A stretch of DNA of 54,330 nt from Chromera velia (lineage: Eukaryota), in assembly GCA_018398765.1 (NCBI GenBank), contig JAHBMJ010000188.1, positions 1 through 54,330 on the forward strand, read 5' to 3'. The position numbers and the translations under genes are program-made. Shown here piece by piece: positions 38,448 to 50,055 of the stretch (within the stretch, counting starts at the first letter, position 1; each line of letters starts with the position of its first letter). The notes below the pieces were generated by a model, which saw nothing but the letters and a program-made list of their open reading frames with translations, did no database searches and was not told the origin of the DNA.

Positions 38448-39137
38448 ATTTACAACTGTCTACAGCAGAGAGGAAGGAAGTCTGCTTGGGGGCCTCAAAG
38501 GCAACGAACGAACCAAGATCGCAATGCAAAGGATGTACTGGAGCAACAGTGTCTATCTATAAGTTCGTTTGTCCCGCCACCGTTGCTTAAGAAGCGGGGA
38601 GTGCAACCTTGAAAGATCCCAACGGATTCTGCACACACCTGCACCTGCAGCTAGAAGAGGAACCAATACAGAAGGATGCCTTGGTGATCAGAGATAGTCG
38701 CGTCTTTTGGAACCTGTTGGATGCATCATTGGAAGATGCTGGAAGATGCATTTCAGTGTGTCGACTGTAGTGTGCATGCTCGCACCCACTCTAAAGTGAT
38801 TTTGTGGGGCACTTTTTGAAATGTGTGACTTGTGAATTCCAGCGATGGCACAAAGCGAATTTTGAATTTCTTCCCCCAATTCGTGGGGACAAAAAGAATT
38901 TGAAGCGATGCGAAATTTTTCCGTGAACAAAGGTTCAAAATGCGCTGGGGCCCTTCACACTTGAATTGACATGCAGTCTGCCTGCAAGCTCCCCCTCTCT
39001 TAATCCCCTCTTTTGTCGTCTCTTCAGACAAGGCACAGGAACCCGCTTTGCACCCCTTCTCGGACATTTTGAGAAAGCCGTTGTTTTGTGTTTGTGAGAG
39101 TGGGTTGGGCTGACAGCGCGGGTTAACTGAAAACGAC

Positions 39138-39950
39138 ATGAAGAGGGCGGTTTTGGCCGCGGCCGTCGCGGCTGTCTGCTGCTCGGAAGTCTCTGGCTTC
39201 GTACAACAGCCCAGCAGACAGATGGCATCCTCCCTGAGACAGATGCGAAGGAGGCCAATCAGCAGCAACGCATTGAGAGAGGTTGAGGAGGAGGTGGTGC
39301 AGACAAAAGCCCCATCTCGATGCATCCCGGATCTGGTCAAGAAGGCAATGGCCCTTGCCCCTCTGGTCCTTGCCCCCAACTTCGCCCATGCTGCGGGAAT
39401 CTACTACACAGACCACCCTATCATGCTTCCCCCTGACCTCGCAGAAAGCATCCAGCCTAATCTTGAACCCTTCTTGAAGTGGGCTTACACAGGTCTGAAT
39501 ATTATTCCTGCCACCTTCCTCGTCACCGTGCCTATGTACCTTCTTGTCTGGTCCAGCCAGACCAAAGGGTACAACAGTCTCTTCGAGGAGACGAACAAGA
39601 TGGAGGCACCATTGAAGTTCGACGAGATTCAGGGAAGATGCGACGACTATCTTTCCTTTTCCGATATTCTCATCAACACCAAGAATGACCAGTATGCAGC
39701 AAAGCAGTCCCTGTTTGCACTGACTACCGATGCCCTTGAGCATGCGAACTTTGCAAAGTTCAACAACGAATTAGCATATGAATTCCCTAAGCTTCTGTTT
39801 AAGAAACAGGAGCAGTACCGTGAGGAGGAAGGGAAGTTCCTGAGCTTCTTCCCTGAGGAGGAAGAGGAGGGGCACGAGGAGCCGGAAGACCCCGGCTGGT
39901 CGTGGCAGCAGGGCAAGTTGGGGGGGAGAAGCGTTAGATTGGGTAGGTAG
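39138..39950 (+). CDS. Intronless nucleus-encoded thylakoid single-pass membrane protein (possibly a divergent ATP synthase CF0 b'/b subunit)
   Basis: Tripartite leader: signal peptide ending VSG|F, Arg/Ser-rich transit peptide, then hydrophobic KKAMALAPLVLAPNFAHA| (AxA thylakoid peptidase site). One TM segment (IIPATFLVTVPMYLLVW) is followed by a charged helical tail. The specific identity is tentative. Confidence 0.8.
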   Translation: MKRAVLAAAVAAVCCSEVSGFVQQPSRQMASSLRQMRRRPISSNALREVEEEVVQTKAPSRCIPDLVKKAMALAPLVLAPNFAHAAGIYYTDHPIMLPPDLAESIQPNLEPFLKWAYTGLNIIPATFLVTVPMYLLVWSSQTKGYNSLFEETNKMEAPLKFDEIQGRCDDYLSFSDILINTKNDQYAAKQSLFALTTDALEHANFAKFNNELAYEFPKLLFKKQEQYREEEGKFLSFFPEEEEEGHEEPEDPGWSWQQGKLGGRSVRLGR

Positions 39951-41003
39951 GCGCTTCGCCTGACAGAGGGAAGGGACCATTTTGGTTTCTTGTCTTTGGG
40001 TTTTGTTGCGGTGGGTCGGATTTCTCCCTTTTTTTCTGGGTGGAGAAAAGGGAAGAGACAGGCTCTCTCGGTTTGAAGGATGGAAGGAGGGGGGGGGAAT
40101 GATTTTTCGCCTCTTTCGACTCGACCACCGACCAAATGCATCGATCGACTCTGCTTGTACTTTTCTTTGTTCAACAACTGACTGCCGTGATCTGTTCCTC
40201 GATGAATGGACAGGTGGTCACTCGGCAGTGTCCTTCTTGATTCTTTCGATTTCGTCATCGGTCGGTTGGTCGGTCGGTGAGCACGCGTTGGTGGTTCCGC
40301 ACCACTGTCGCTTACCTGCCTGTCTGTCGATCTCTCTGGCTCGTTTTGGCAGAGAGGCAGAGAGCACGGGCCGTAGTCCATTTCCAAGAAAGAAAGAAAG
40401 CTAGATTGACCGAGCTTCTCCTTTAAAAAAGATGCACGAATGAATGAATGGATGGATGAATGGAGAAGCCGACGGGGCGATCTTTGAGGTTTGTTAAGAA
40501 GAAGGGAGGGAGGTCGAAGAATAGGGTGTAACAGCTGAACAGTTTTTCTCCTTCTCTTTTGTCTTCGTCGGTAGACTTTCTCTGCTGGGTGGACACCGAA
40601 AGAAAAAAGGATTGAGAAGAGCAAACGACGGTCTCCGGGTCTCAAGAGTGCCGATGTCCTTCCCCTTTTTCGGGGGACGCAGCTGTAGTTGGTTGACTGG
40701 AAGAATGCTCTGTCCAATTTGCGAAACGTTTGAAAGGAGACACTGGAAGGACGGGAGTGAATTTGACCTCCCTGCGACGGCCAACGCAATCCGGAGAGAG
40801 ACCACCGCAAGGCTTCATTGAATGAATGCTTGTGATAATAGTAAATGAATGCATTAATTCTGCTAGAATGCATTATGCAAGATGTGAGTCTTTCTACTAA
40901 CTTTATGTATAGTTTGTTAAAAAGTATAAGCATGTATAGCATAATTAAGAAGCACTGTTAGTTTGACTTTTTAATCTAGCTTTTAATACTAGTTTTAATA
41001 TTG

Positions 41004-42266
41004 GTTTATTCGATTAATTTGATTTTTAAATTATTTTAGAATTGTTTCTCTATTTTTCTAAACTGGTCTTTTAAGCAAACAAACTTCTAAATAAGCAAAA
41101 CAATTCTACTAGTAGATCATCATCATCATGATTTGATTGATTTGACTTGGGTTAAAGCCGGTGCGCCGCATGTAGATCTAGACTTCTGAGTGATCGATAT
41201 GAGAGGCGTGCATCACTGGTTCTAGTGCCCCCTTTGTGTCCTCCACCAAACGTCTGGCTATGCCCCTTGAGAATTCTCTCCTTGAAGATACGAATGAGCC
41301 ACGCCAAGAAAAACAAAAAAAAAGGGGGAAATATAAACGGAAAGAGACGTGTCATAAGATTCAGACGAACCAATGGCTTGGAGAATGGGCTAGAAGACAG
41401 GAAGACAGCAGGAATAGAGACAGAATCTTCCATCCCCGTGCTGCCTTCACTGATTTCCAAAGAGAGAACCCTTCTAGACAGAAGCTCTCCATGCTCCTCC
41501 TAGCAGAAAGGAAATGGCGGTCATGTCCGTTAGACACAGGAAACGATCTGCACATGCGTACGCTGTCCCCTTGTCTTCTTAAATCCTCTGCGAACATCCG
41601 CCCTCTTCTGAGAGCAATGACGGGTAGTTATATGTGCAGCGGGGGGAGCTAGAGAAGACCTGCTCGGCTTGCTCTGGCAGAAAAGTTTATGATGAGATCC
41701 ACTTGCTCACGGAATGTGCGGACACAGAGAGGGAAAGGCAGAAGCTTGACGAAATTATCAGCAGAATAAAGGAGCGCGCACCCATTGAGAAACGGGTGGA
41801 AATTGCGCAATGGGTGGCTGCCTCTGCTAGTAGAGGAGTGGGGGAGAATGAAAAGAAAGTCCAAGAGATGATCGCTCTTATTTCATCATTCCAGCCTCTG
41901 GTGGGCATGAGGGCGGTTGGGGAGTGTATAGCTAAATTGGAGAGAGTTCGTGTTGACATGTGTTAATGGATCAATACGCTAGGGCAACAAACCAACATTG
42001 CATATCATACCCCGTGGTTGGCCAGAGCCTAAGTAGTGGCTCATCAGCTTTAACCGCCTCAATTCATTCGTTTATTCGATTAATATGATTTTTAAATTAT
42101 TTTAGAATTGTTTCTCTATTTTTCTAAGCTGGTCTTTGAAGTAAACAAACTTCTAAAAAAGCAAAACAATTCTACTAGTAGATCATCATCATCATGATTT
42201 GATTGATTTGACTTAGGTTAAAGCCGGTACGCCGCCTGTAGATCTAGACCTCTAAGTGATCCATAT
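41004..42266. repeat. 197-bp direct repeat pair (41004-41200, 42070-42266) flanking the LINE fragment
   Basis: Colinear, equal length, 11 substitutions by manual alignment. Confidence 0.95.
41201..42069 (+). mobile_element. 5'-truncated non-LTR retrotransposon (3' end of ORF2, frameshifted)
   Basis: ORFs 41236-41652 and 41634-41966 include LRAMTGSY...TCSACSGRKVYDEIHLLTEC, the C-terminal CCHC-type motif of LINE ORF2. They are followed by a 3' stem-loop GAGCC..GGCTC (~42024-42042) and a TCAATTCATTC tail. Direct repeats flank the element at 41004-41200 and 42070-42266. Confidence 0.8.
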
Positions 42267-43249
42267 ATATAAGTCTAACTGGCACTAGCTAGAGCTAGCT
42301 AGAGCATCACTAGAGCTGGCAAGCCCTAGACAGGCTTGGGTCTATAAATATGAGTATGCATCTAGCTAGCTTTCAATCAATAATTATAATATAAACTATC
42401 AATCTAGCTCTGAATACATGCTGTCATGTATGTTACCAGTGCAGTAACTTACCACTTCAACAATGGCGTTATAGCCATCTAGACTGCCGTCAGTTTCCAA
42501 CTATACACCTTCATTTTCCAACTAGCTCGACTTGATTCCGAATTAGGATGTTTTCTAGGATGTTTTTGCCCCCCTTCGCCGTTTACGTGATTCTATGCAC
42601 TTTCCCATTCAAAAACGAAAAAAACTTTCCAATCAATTCTGCTTGTAGTGGGTCCCGCTATCGTAGGGCATGCAGAGAGGCTGTGAGGCTGCGTGGAGGA
42701 ACTCGAGGGCAGCTCGGGAAAACCAAAAGCGGGGGATTAAACCTGCATGCCATCACGGTACAAAAACATCCAGAAGACAGATAAGGAGGGAGAAGGAAAA
42801 AGTCGAGCTGCAAATTAGCCGTCAATTGTGAACAATGATTCCAGCTTTATTCCGTATCTGCACACATTCTGCCTTTTTTGGCGTTTTCTAACGGAGCCTC
42901 CTGCGATGGAAACGAAATTAAGTTTTCCTGATGTTGCGGTCTGAAGTGTTCATTACTGAGCATCCTCTAAATCAAGTCGCAACGAAAATTCAAAGGATAT
43001 CCTGTACCTCTTCTGCGCGCAATTTGGCATCGCTCCTCGCGCTCACCTGTGAAAGCGCTGAGATGCCCCCCTGTGTTCACAAGAGCAATCGCGAGATTCC
43101 GATTCCTGATGTGCAGGCAGGGAGGTCAAGAAAGAGAGAGAGAGAGGAGAAAGGGGGGGAGAGGGAAGGCGCAAAGAGGGTGGCTTGACTGCGGAGCGTG
43201 CGGTATGTGCGGGATGATATAGGCCGTCTCTGGAGCTGATGAAGTCATT

Positions 43250-43565
43250 TCATGCTGATAGATTTTTGATCCCTGGCAACCTGTCGCTGCATTGCTTCAT
43301 TGCTGCTTTTCTGCATCCCTCTGTGCGTTCCCTTCCCTCCTCTTCTCGTCTTTGCATCGTGATTGATTTTGAAGAAGTACTCACTCAATCCGCATGGCAC
43401 TTGAAAGAAAACTGTGGCTTCGTTGATGAAATTCACACCATGGCTGTCTCCGAAGACGCGCACACGCGAATTGTCTGACACAGTCCCCGAAAGTCTCCCA
43501 CAAACATAAAGACACACACACGCACAGACACACACACATGCACACGCACGCATTTACACACTTAC

Positions 43566-43611
<46 letters not shown>

Positions 43612-46600
43612 ACACACTCACGCACGCACACGTACCCAGAGACAGCCAGGAGGTCCAGTCCTGTGGACTCCACTAGGGGATCCTCTCTTGAGTGCAGAAG
43701 CAGAAGGGAAATGCCGCAGTCTCCTAGTAGCTCGGCAGATCTCCTGCCTCCCCACTCGCTTCCTGCACCTCCACTACCCATGCTGCCGCCCTTCCGTCTC
43801 CTCTCCCGCTCTGCTCGCCCACAGAGACAAACCAAATGGACCTCGTCCAAGTCCTCCGCACGGTCCAGGGGAAGTTGCCACTGACTTCGACCGTCCCACT
43901 TCTGACGCACGCCCCACAATGCACTTTCCGCCTCACCCCATCGCTGTGATTCTCTGAGAAATCCCCACAAGACCGAAGACCCTCCCCGGAATTTTCGCGG
44001 TTTCGGAGATGACTGCTCTCTAGCGTTTCGTTCTTCCCTCTCTGTCCTCTCCCTTTCTTTATGAGGAGCTTGGGCTTGGGAAGAAGTCGTGGAAACAGCG
44101 GCTCTGGGTTTGTCTCGTTGCGGCTCTGTGTGGCTGCCCCCTGGCGTTCCCGGCATGGTCGCTCTCTCCCTGTCTGGGGACGTGGAAGAAGGCCTCGAGA
44201 GAGACTCTCTATGCCAGGCTGGGGCAGGAGGATCACCAGCTGACGGGGGAGGGGATGGGTAGGTCTTTTCTTTTTCCTTGTCTTTTTCTGCTCTGTTCTG
44301 CGAAGACAGTGCAGCAACCGCTGGTGTCAATTTCTGTATCCTGAGGTCGGACGACTGGGAAGATCTCCCGTTTACACCTACGCCCCCTGCCATCCCATCG
44401 GATTGGAGAGGGGCTGAGGCTGAGAGGGCTGAAGCCCTCCGCGGTGATAGAGAGACGGGGGCGCCGTTTGCCTGAGCAGTGGGAGCAGGGGCGGCTGGCG
44501 GAGGGGGAATCGAAGACGGCGACTGCAACGGAGACAGAGGGGGGGCCTGACGTGTCCTTAGCATTTCCTCATTGTTGAGTGCCAGTTCTGCTGTCTGAGC
44601 TGCCATCCGAGACTCCCACCAGGCCCCAGCCCAAGCCCTCCCAGCTGGTGAAGAGCTGAGAGGCAGGCCGGTGGCAGCCAAGAGCGACGCAACGAACAAC
44701 GCGAGCTTGAGGCACAGTTGCAGAGCCTGAAAGAATCAAGCAAAGAAAAAAAGGCCGTTTGAAATTTCAGATGGGTCGCCAAACGGGAAAGCAAGCAGGA
44801 AAGCGAAGAAGAGAAAAGAAGGAAGCAGTCGGGGAGGGGGGAGGCAGCAGAAGAAATGCAAAATGGATCTCTCTCTGGCCGCTTTACGTCCACCCCTCTT
44901 TTTTTCTTTGGCTATTTATTCACTCTTTTCCATATTCATTTCTTATTTGATGTTTTGACTCCCCATCATTTCCTTTGGTGAAATTTGTTTCCTTCCAAGA
45001 CTTGATGTTCGATTTGCTCTACATTCCTTTTCTTGCAGTCTCCTCAACGTGTCCCGAACCGTCTAAGCAAACAAGCCGTTCATGGACTCAAAATACAGCA
45101 TGCAACAAGCACCGAAATGCAAGGCACTGCGTCAACAAGAGAAGACACGACAGGGGTCACACAGAGACCTGCACTGCCCTCCATCTCTCATGCATGCATG
45201 CATCTCCTTCCTGTCTTTCTTCCCCGGCATCTTCTGACCCTATTCCTTGCCTCCTGACCTGGAGCGCCAAGAATTTGAAGCCCCGTCTTGCGACACCCAG
45301 GAGATCCTTCAGGAATATGGCAGTCACCACACGACCCAAAAGGACACAAACGAACAAAACCACCCCGCGCACCCCACGTACACTGAAGACCTGACGGATT
45401 GATTTCGAAATTTCCCTCCAACCCCGCCAACACACACGTGATCCTCGGTCTACCCGTCGCCGAATAGAACCCAAACGCCCACCCATTGAATTCTCTCGCA
45501 ACTTCCGGACCTTTCTTTCTCTTTCAATACGATGCGCTTTTCTTTTCTTTGCAGCCTCTATGCAAATCTCTTCAAATGCTCTTTCCTCTAGTCCGTTGGG
45601 CCTCTTGCTCAGAGGCGCACACACAGAAACAGCAGCTGTAATCGGACCCTGCACCCCCCCACTCCTCTCTCTCTCTGAAAGACATGCAAGCAGACAGGTC
45701 CCCCCTCTCCCAAACCCCACAGCCACAAGTCTCTGCTCCGTAGGTTTACACAGTCTTCCTTTCTGCAAATGTTCAAGAGTCTTATTCAAGTCTGACGTCA
45801 GAGGGCAACTCACAGGAAACACCGGTCTCTCCTTTTCCTTCTCTTCAACCTCCTCCCTCACAACTGGAGCCCCATTTCTTCCATCCCCCCCTCCCTCTAC
45901 CGGCTGACTGGAACCTCCACTCCCATTCCCCCCCGCCCCCTGCGCTCCAACTGGGGGGCCCCGAGGAGCCTGCGCTTCCGACTCCGCAGGTTCCCCCGCC
46001 ATCCACACCCTCTCATTGGAAGTCCCCAAGTCCTCACCCCTGGCAGAACAACACCAACAGGGCAGCTGAGGACAAACAACAGGGGGACCTAACACGGGGG
46101 ACGTCAGGGGCGTTCCCGCACACCCCCGGCCGTTTAGCACCGCCACTGTGTGACCCCAGGAGACGGCCTCATGAGCGAAGGCCTTGACATGGGGCTCCTC
46201 AGATCCTAGAGGGGTGCCTGTTACGACTAGGACTACAGTGTTAGTGGGGGGCCGAAGAAATTTCTTCCTTTTCTTTTTGGATTTCTTCCCCCCGTTGCGC
46301 TTTTTGCCTTGAAACAAAGAAAAAAACAACCGGCTTTTGAAACACACACCCAAAATCCGCTTCAGTTTCTCGCGCAAACTATGAAGTAAGATTTTGCACT
46401 CTGCTAAAAGTCTTCTCATCGAAAATTCTTTTCCCCTTTTTTCATTCTTCTCGGTTGCATCTTTCCTTTCTGCCCCTTCCTCTTGACTGTCTTCTCGAAC
46501 AGACAGTCCTACACCTGCTGCCCCTCGCTCAGCTGAAGAGGAGGAAGAGGAGGAAGAAGAGGGAACTGCCACGTGTCTCTTTCGGATTTGGCTGGACGAC

Positions 46601-47199
46601 GATGAGGCCTCCTGGCTGTTCTGTTCGGTGCTGATGTTCTGTGGCTGCCTCGGGTCCTCCCCAACGTCGTGGGCGCTCTGATTGTCATCTCCTCCCCTCT
46701 CTCCGCCCCCCTCTTCCTCCTCCCCATTCTGCGCTGTCCCTTGAGCGTGATCGGGTGAAGGGGGAAAGGCCCAGTCGAGGGAAAATGTGGCCCCATCAGG
46801 CATTTCGATCAGCTCCCTCTCGTACTCTACTGGGTACAGCCTTTGCGCCAGACCCTCCACAGTACACAGCGCCCAATGCCACAAGGACTGGAGAAAACAG
46901 CTGTTCAGGTAGGGGGTCGGTCGGAACTGTCTTCTCGCGAATTCGCACCTGCAGAGAAACATTCAGAAATGTGAAAAGGAGAGAGAGGGGCTTCCGAGGA
47001 AACCGAGAAGAACTGTGCAAAGAAACGAGACGGCAAAGAGAATCCATGTAGACGGATAAGTGTGCACGGACCTTTGCAGCAGTTGGAAGACGTTCATACC
47101 AGAGAGGTATACGAGGACGCGAGACGAAAAAACAAGCTCCTCTATCACCGTGTAGATGAGCCACAGAGAGCCACCAATAACGATCAAGCTGCCAATCAT
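43250..47199 (-). CDS. YheT/ABHD1-3-like alpha/beta-hydrolase fold protein, catalytic Ser absent
   Basis: Exons 47199-47072 (N-terminal TM anchor), 46948-45259, ~44726-43635, then uncertain 3' exons. Motifs: FRPTPYL..FLQS, YERELIEMPDGATFSLDW, VAVLNGRGCAGTPLTSP, TSDL, LVAVGFGRGG, ITAAVSVCAP, LLLLHSREDPLV. Confidence 0.8.
43514..43630. repeat. (CA)n microsatellite, intronic
   Basis: Seen directly. Confidence 0.95.
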
Positions 47200-47520
47200 T
47201 TTGTGGTCACACCCCGTTCAGGACACAAATTAAGAGACGGCATGCATCCGTTAATTGGCGCCCTGCACCACTGGGGGGAGAAGGCAAGGGTTGTTGCACT
47301 TCGACTGCACTGCTGCCGAGTCACTTCTCACGGAATCTGTCGATAAGATGCGTGAGAACAAAATTTCTCACGGTCAGTTCTCAGATCTTGTCACCATCTT
47401 GATGGAGTGACTGCCGCAGATCGAGATAATCAGAGATCCGATATGAGACGGTCGGGCAATGAGTCATCGTTGGGCATCGCGGTCGGGACATGTCGGGACA
47501 TGTTGGGTCCGCAAACTGAC

Positions 47521-47580
47521 CATGCACTGTGCATGCACGGGGGCCGCGGCGGCTAAAGCAGCCGCGCCGGGGCATGCAGA
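47521..47580. promoter_or_regulatory. Cluster of TGCATG/GCATGC motifs in a bidirectional promoter (putative ApiAP2 sites)
   Basis: CATGCA..TGCATGCA..GCATGCA lie between the divergent ATGs at 47199 and 48048. Similar clusters occur at 776-790, 15261-15313 and 38720-38779. Confidence 0.4.
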
Positions 47581-48047
47581 CAATTGCAGACATGTCAGAG
47601 TCAGACTGAAGAAGATCAGAACTAACCTTCTCTTCTCATTGAAGTTCTCAATTTCCTGCGTTTCGATTCACTTAGAACGCACTGCTCATACCCACAAGCT
47701 TTGGAAGCAGCGGTGCCCCTGCGTATGACAAAGCGATCCACTCCATTTGTGACTTTGGACATCGTATAGCCAGTCTGAAAAAAAGTTTATGTCAGAACCT
47801 CGGAAGCCGTCTCTGCCGTTTTGCTGGGTGTTCTCGCTTCCCTCTTGATTTTTCCTGGTACTCTTCTGTGGCTTCCCCCAGCTCTACTTGGCGAAGGGTC
47901 CCCGTATTGTCACGCTGCCACATACAGAGACAGAAACGCAGCCAGAGTGGGCCTGCGAGCCGAACCAGATCCATTCCTTCCTCAGATTACGAATCTAATT
48001 TCAGTCCGGTGCCGTCTCCCTCTCCGTCTACATATCCCCTGGCACTG

Positions 48048-49500
48048 ATGACCCTGGAGGAATCAAAAAAGTGGACGGCCTTCCTGCGAGGGTACGACAA
48101 GACCCTTTTGACCGCAAAGAAAGACAAAAAGAAGTCAGAGGAACTGGCCGAACTGGATCGATGGTGAGTCTCCTGGCCTCATCTCTTTTTGTTCGCTCTT
48201 CTGTCTGGTCGGGACTGGGCTGGATTCACGTTTTGGTGCCGACCCTGTGTCCATTGCCGTTGGTCGGATCGCGCGGTTTTTTTTGTTTTACATCTGTAAT
48301 TTTATTCCGCGTGATTTCATACTGACTGGTCATCTGCTGGAAATTATTTTGACGGCCTCTTGCTATCCTCTATTCCGACATCTTCTGTATATGTGTCTTT
48401 TGCCTGCTTCCTTGTAACTTTATCTCATGATCCCATGCGTTTTTCGCCACATGCACTAGGACCGCTCTTTGAGGCAACAAATCCCTCTCTGTGTTTTTTG
48501 ATTCGATCACTTCCCTCTGACTGCCTGACCGACAGGTTTTCTGAAGTTCTGCCCGAGTCCATTTCCTCCAGAACTCCGCCCTCGATGAGTCAGTGGGTCG
48601 AACTGCCTCTGTTTGGGCCAGTTTTGTGAAGCCCTTTTCTTGTGCGCGTGTTTGCGTTTTGTCCTGCATTTTCCATTACTTCTCCTTCTCATGGTCTCTG
48701 GATTTTGTTACTTCTCACGTCCTTTCCGAGTTTTTTTGGAACGCTGGAGGATCGTCCTTTCTTTCTGCGGATTCTTTTTCTCGTCATGACTCGTCTGCTT
48801 TTTTTTCTTTTGGTACCGCCGTTTTTCGTCTGCCTCTACAATAGACACGTTTCTGGCGAGTAAACTAGTGCAAAGTTTAACGCGGGACGGCCAGAATCGA
48901 GCTTCAGGTCACGCGCATCTGTTCATAAAGGCGGTGTTGACTTTCCCGTCTTTAGAACTTATCCACTACTTCGCCTTGGTGTGCGCACCTGCACATTTCA
49001 TGTTGATTGTCCTTCCTTCCTTCCTTCCTTCCTTCCTTCCTTCCTTCCTTCCTTTTGTGGTCCGTCTATTTCATGCAGACAAGGACGAGCTCGTGAAGTT
49101 GATGGAGTGGAAACTTCAGCGGGGAAAATTCCGCCCGCTGATGAACAAACTGAAAGCGAACGGAGAGGATACTGTGCGCATGTGCACTACCGAAGCGTTC
49201 GGTATTCTGGAGTCCCTTCCGCTCTCTCTGCCTGGGGATTTGAGGGGAGGGGGAAAGAAAGGTGGAAAGGCGGTAGAGCTGTCGGACAAAGTGATTGCGT
49301 CTGTTGTGTCAAAGACGGTGAAAGCCCTAAAGGTACTCACGCAGATGAAGGCGGTGGGCCCGGCCACGGCATCTGCCATCGCCTGCGCATACCGTGCTGA
49401 CGTGATTCCTTTTTTTTCGGACGAGTTGGCGGCCACGGCGTGCAAGTCCACAAAACTGCAGTACAATTTGAAGGAGTACGAGGAAATTCAGGGTCGGTCG

Positions 49501-49537
<37 letters not shown>

Positions 49538-49538
49538 C

Positions 49539-49569
<31 letters not shown>

Positions 49570-49571
49570 CC

Positions 49572-49609
<38 letters not shown>

Positions 49610-49610
49610 C

Positions 49611-49641
<31 letters not shown>

Positions 49642-49715
49642 CCTGTCTGTCTGTCTGTCTGTCTGTGTGTCCATGAAGAAAAGAAGGGAGAAGAAGAAAC
49701 ATATAGTCTGTCTAC

Positions 49716-49746
<31 letters not shown>

Positions 49747-50018
49747 CCTGTCTGTCTGTCTGTCTGTCTGTCTACCTGTCTGTCTGTCTGTCTGTCTGGC
49801 TGGCTGTCTGGAGAGTGCATCGGAATGCTTCGGAAACCTCAACAAGGGGTGCGAGTTCAACTTGTGGCCAATATGATGGCAACGACGTGTGACGAAATCC
49901 TCCTGGTTATTTTCGAATAGCCTGTTATCTTTTCTCGTTTCCTCAAAGGAGGTATTTCCTTGCAGGTCCTTATACCTGTGAGCAGTCACACACACACACA
50001 CACACGCACAAGCACAAG

Positions 50019-50055
<37 letters not shown>

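Noticed and set aside
39647..40942. 431-aa minus-strand ORF
   Set aside because: It is antisense to the thylakoid gene and its 3' flank, starts in AT-rich DNA and has no recognisable motif.
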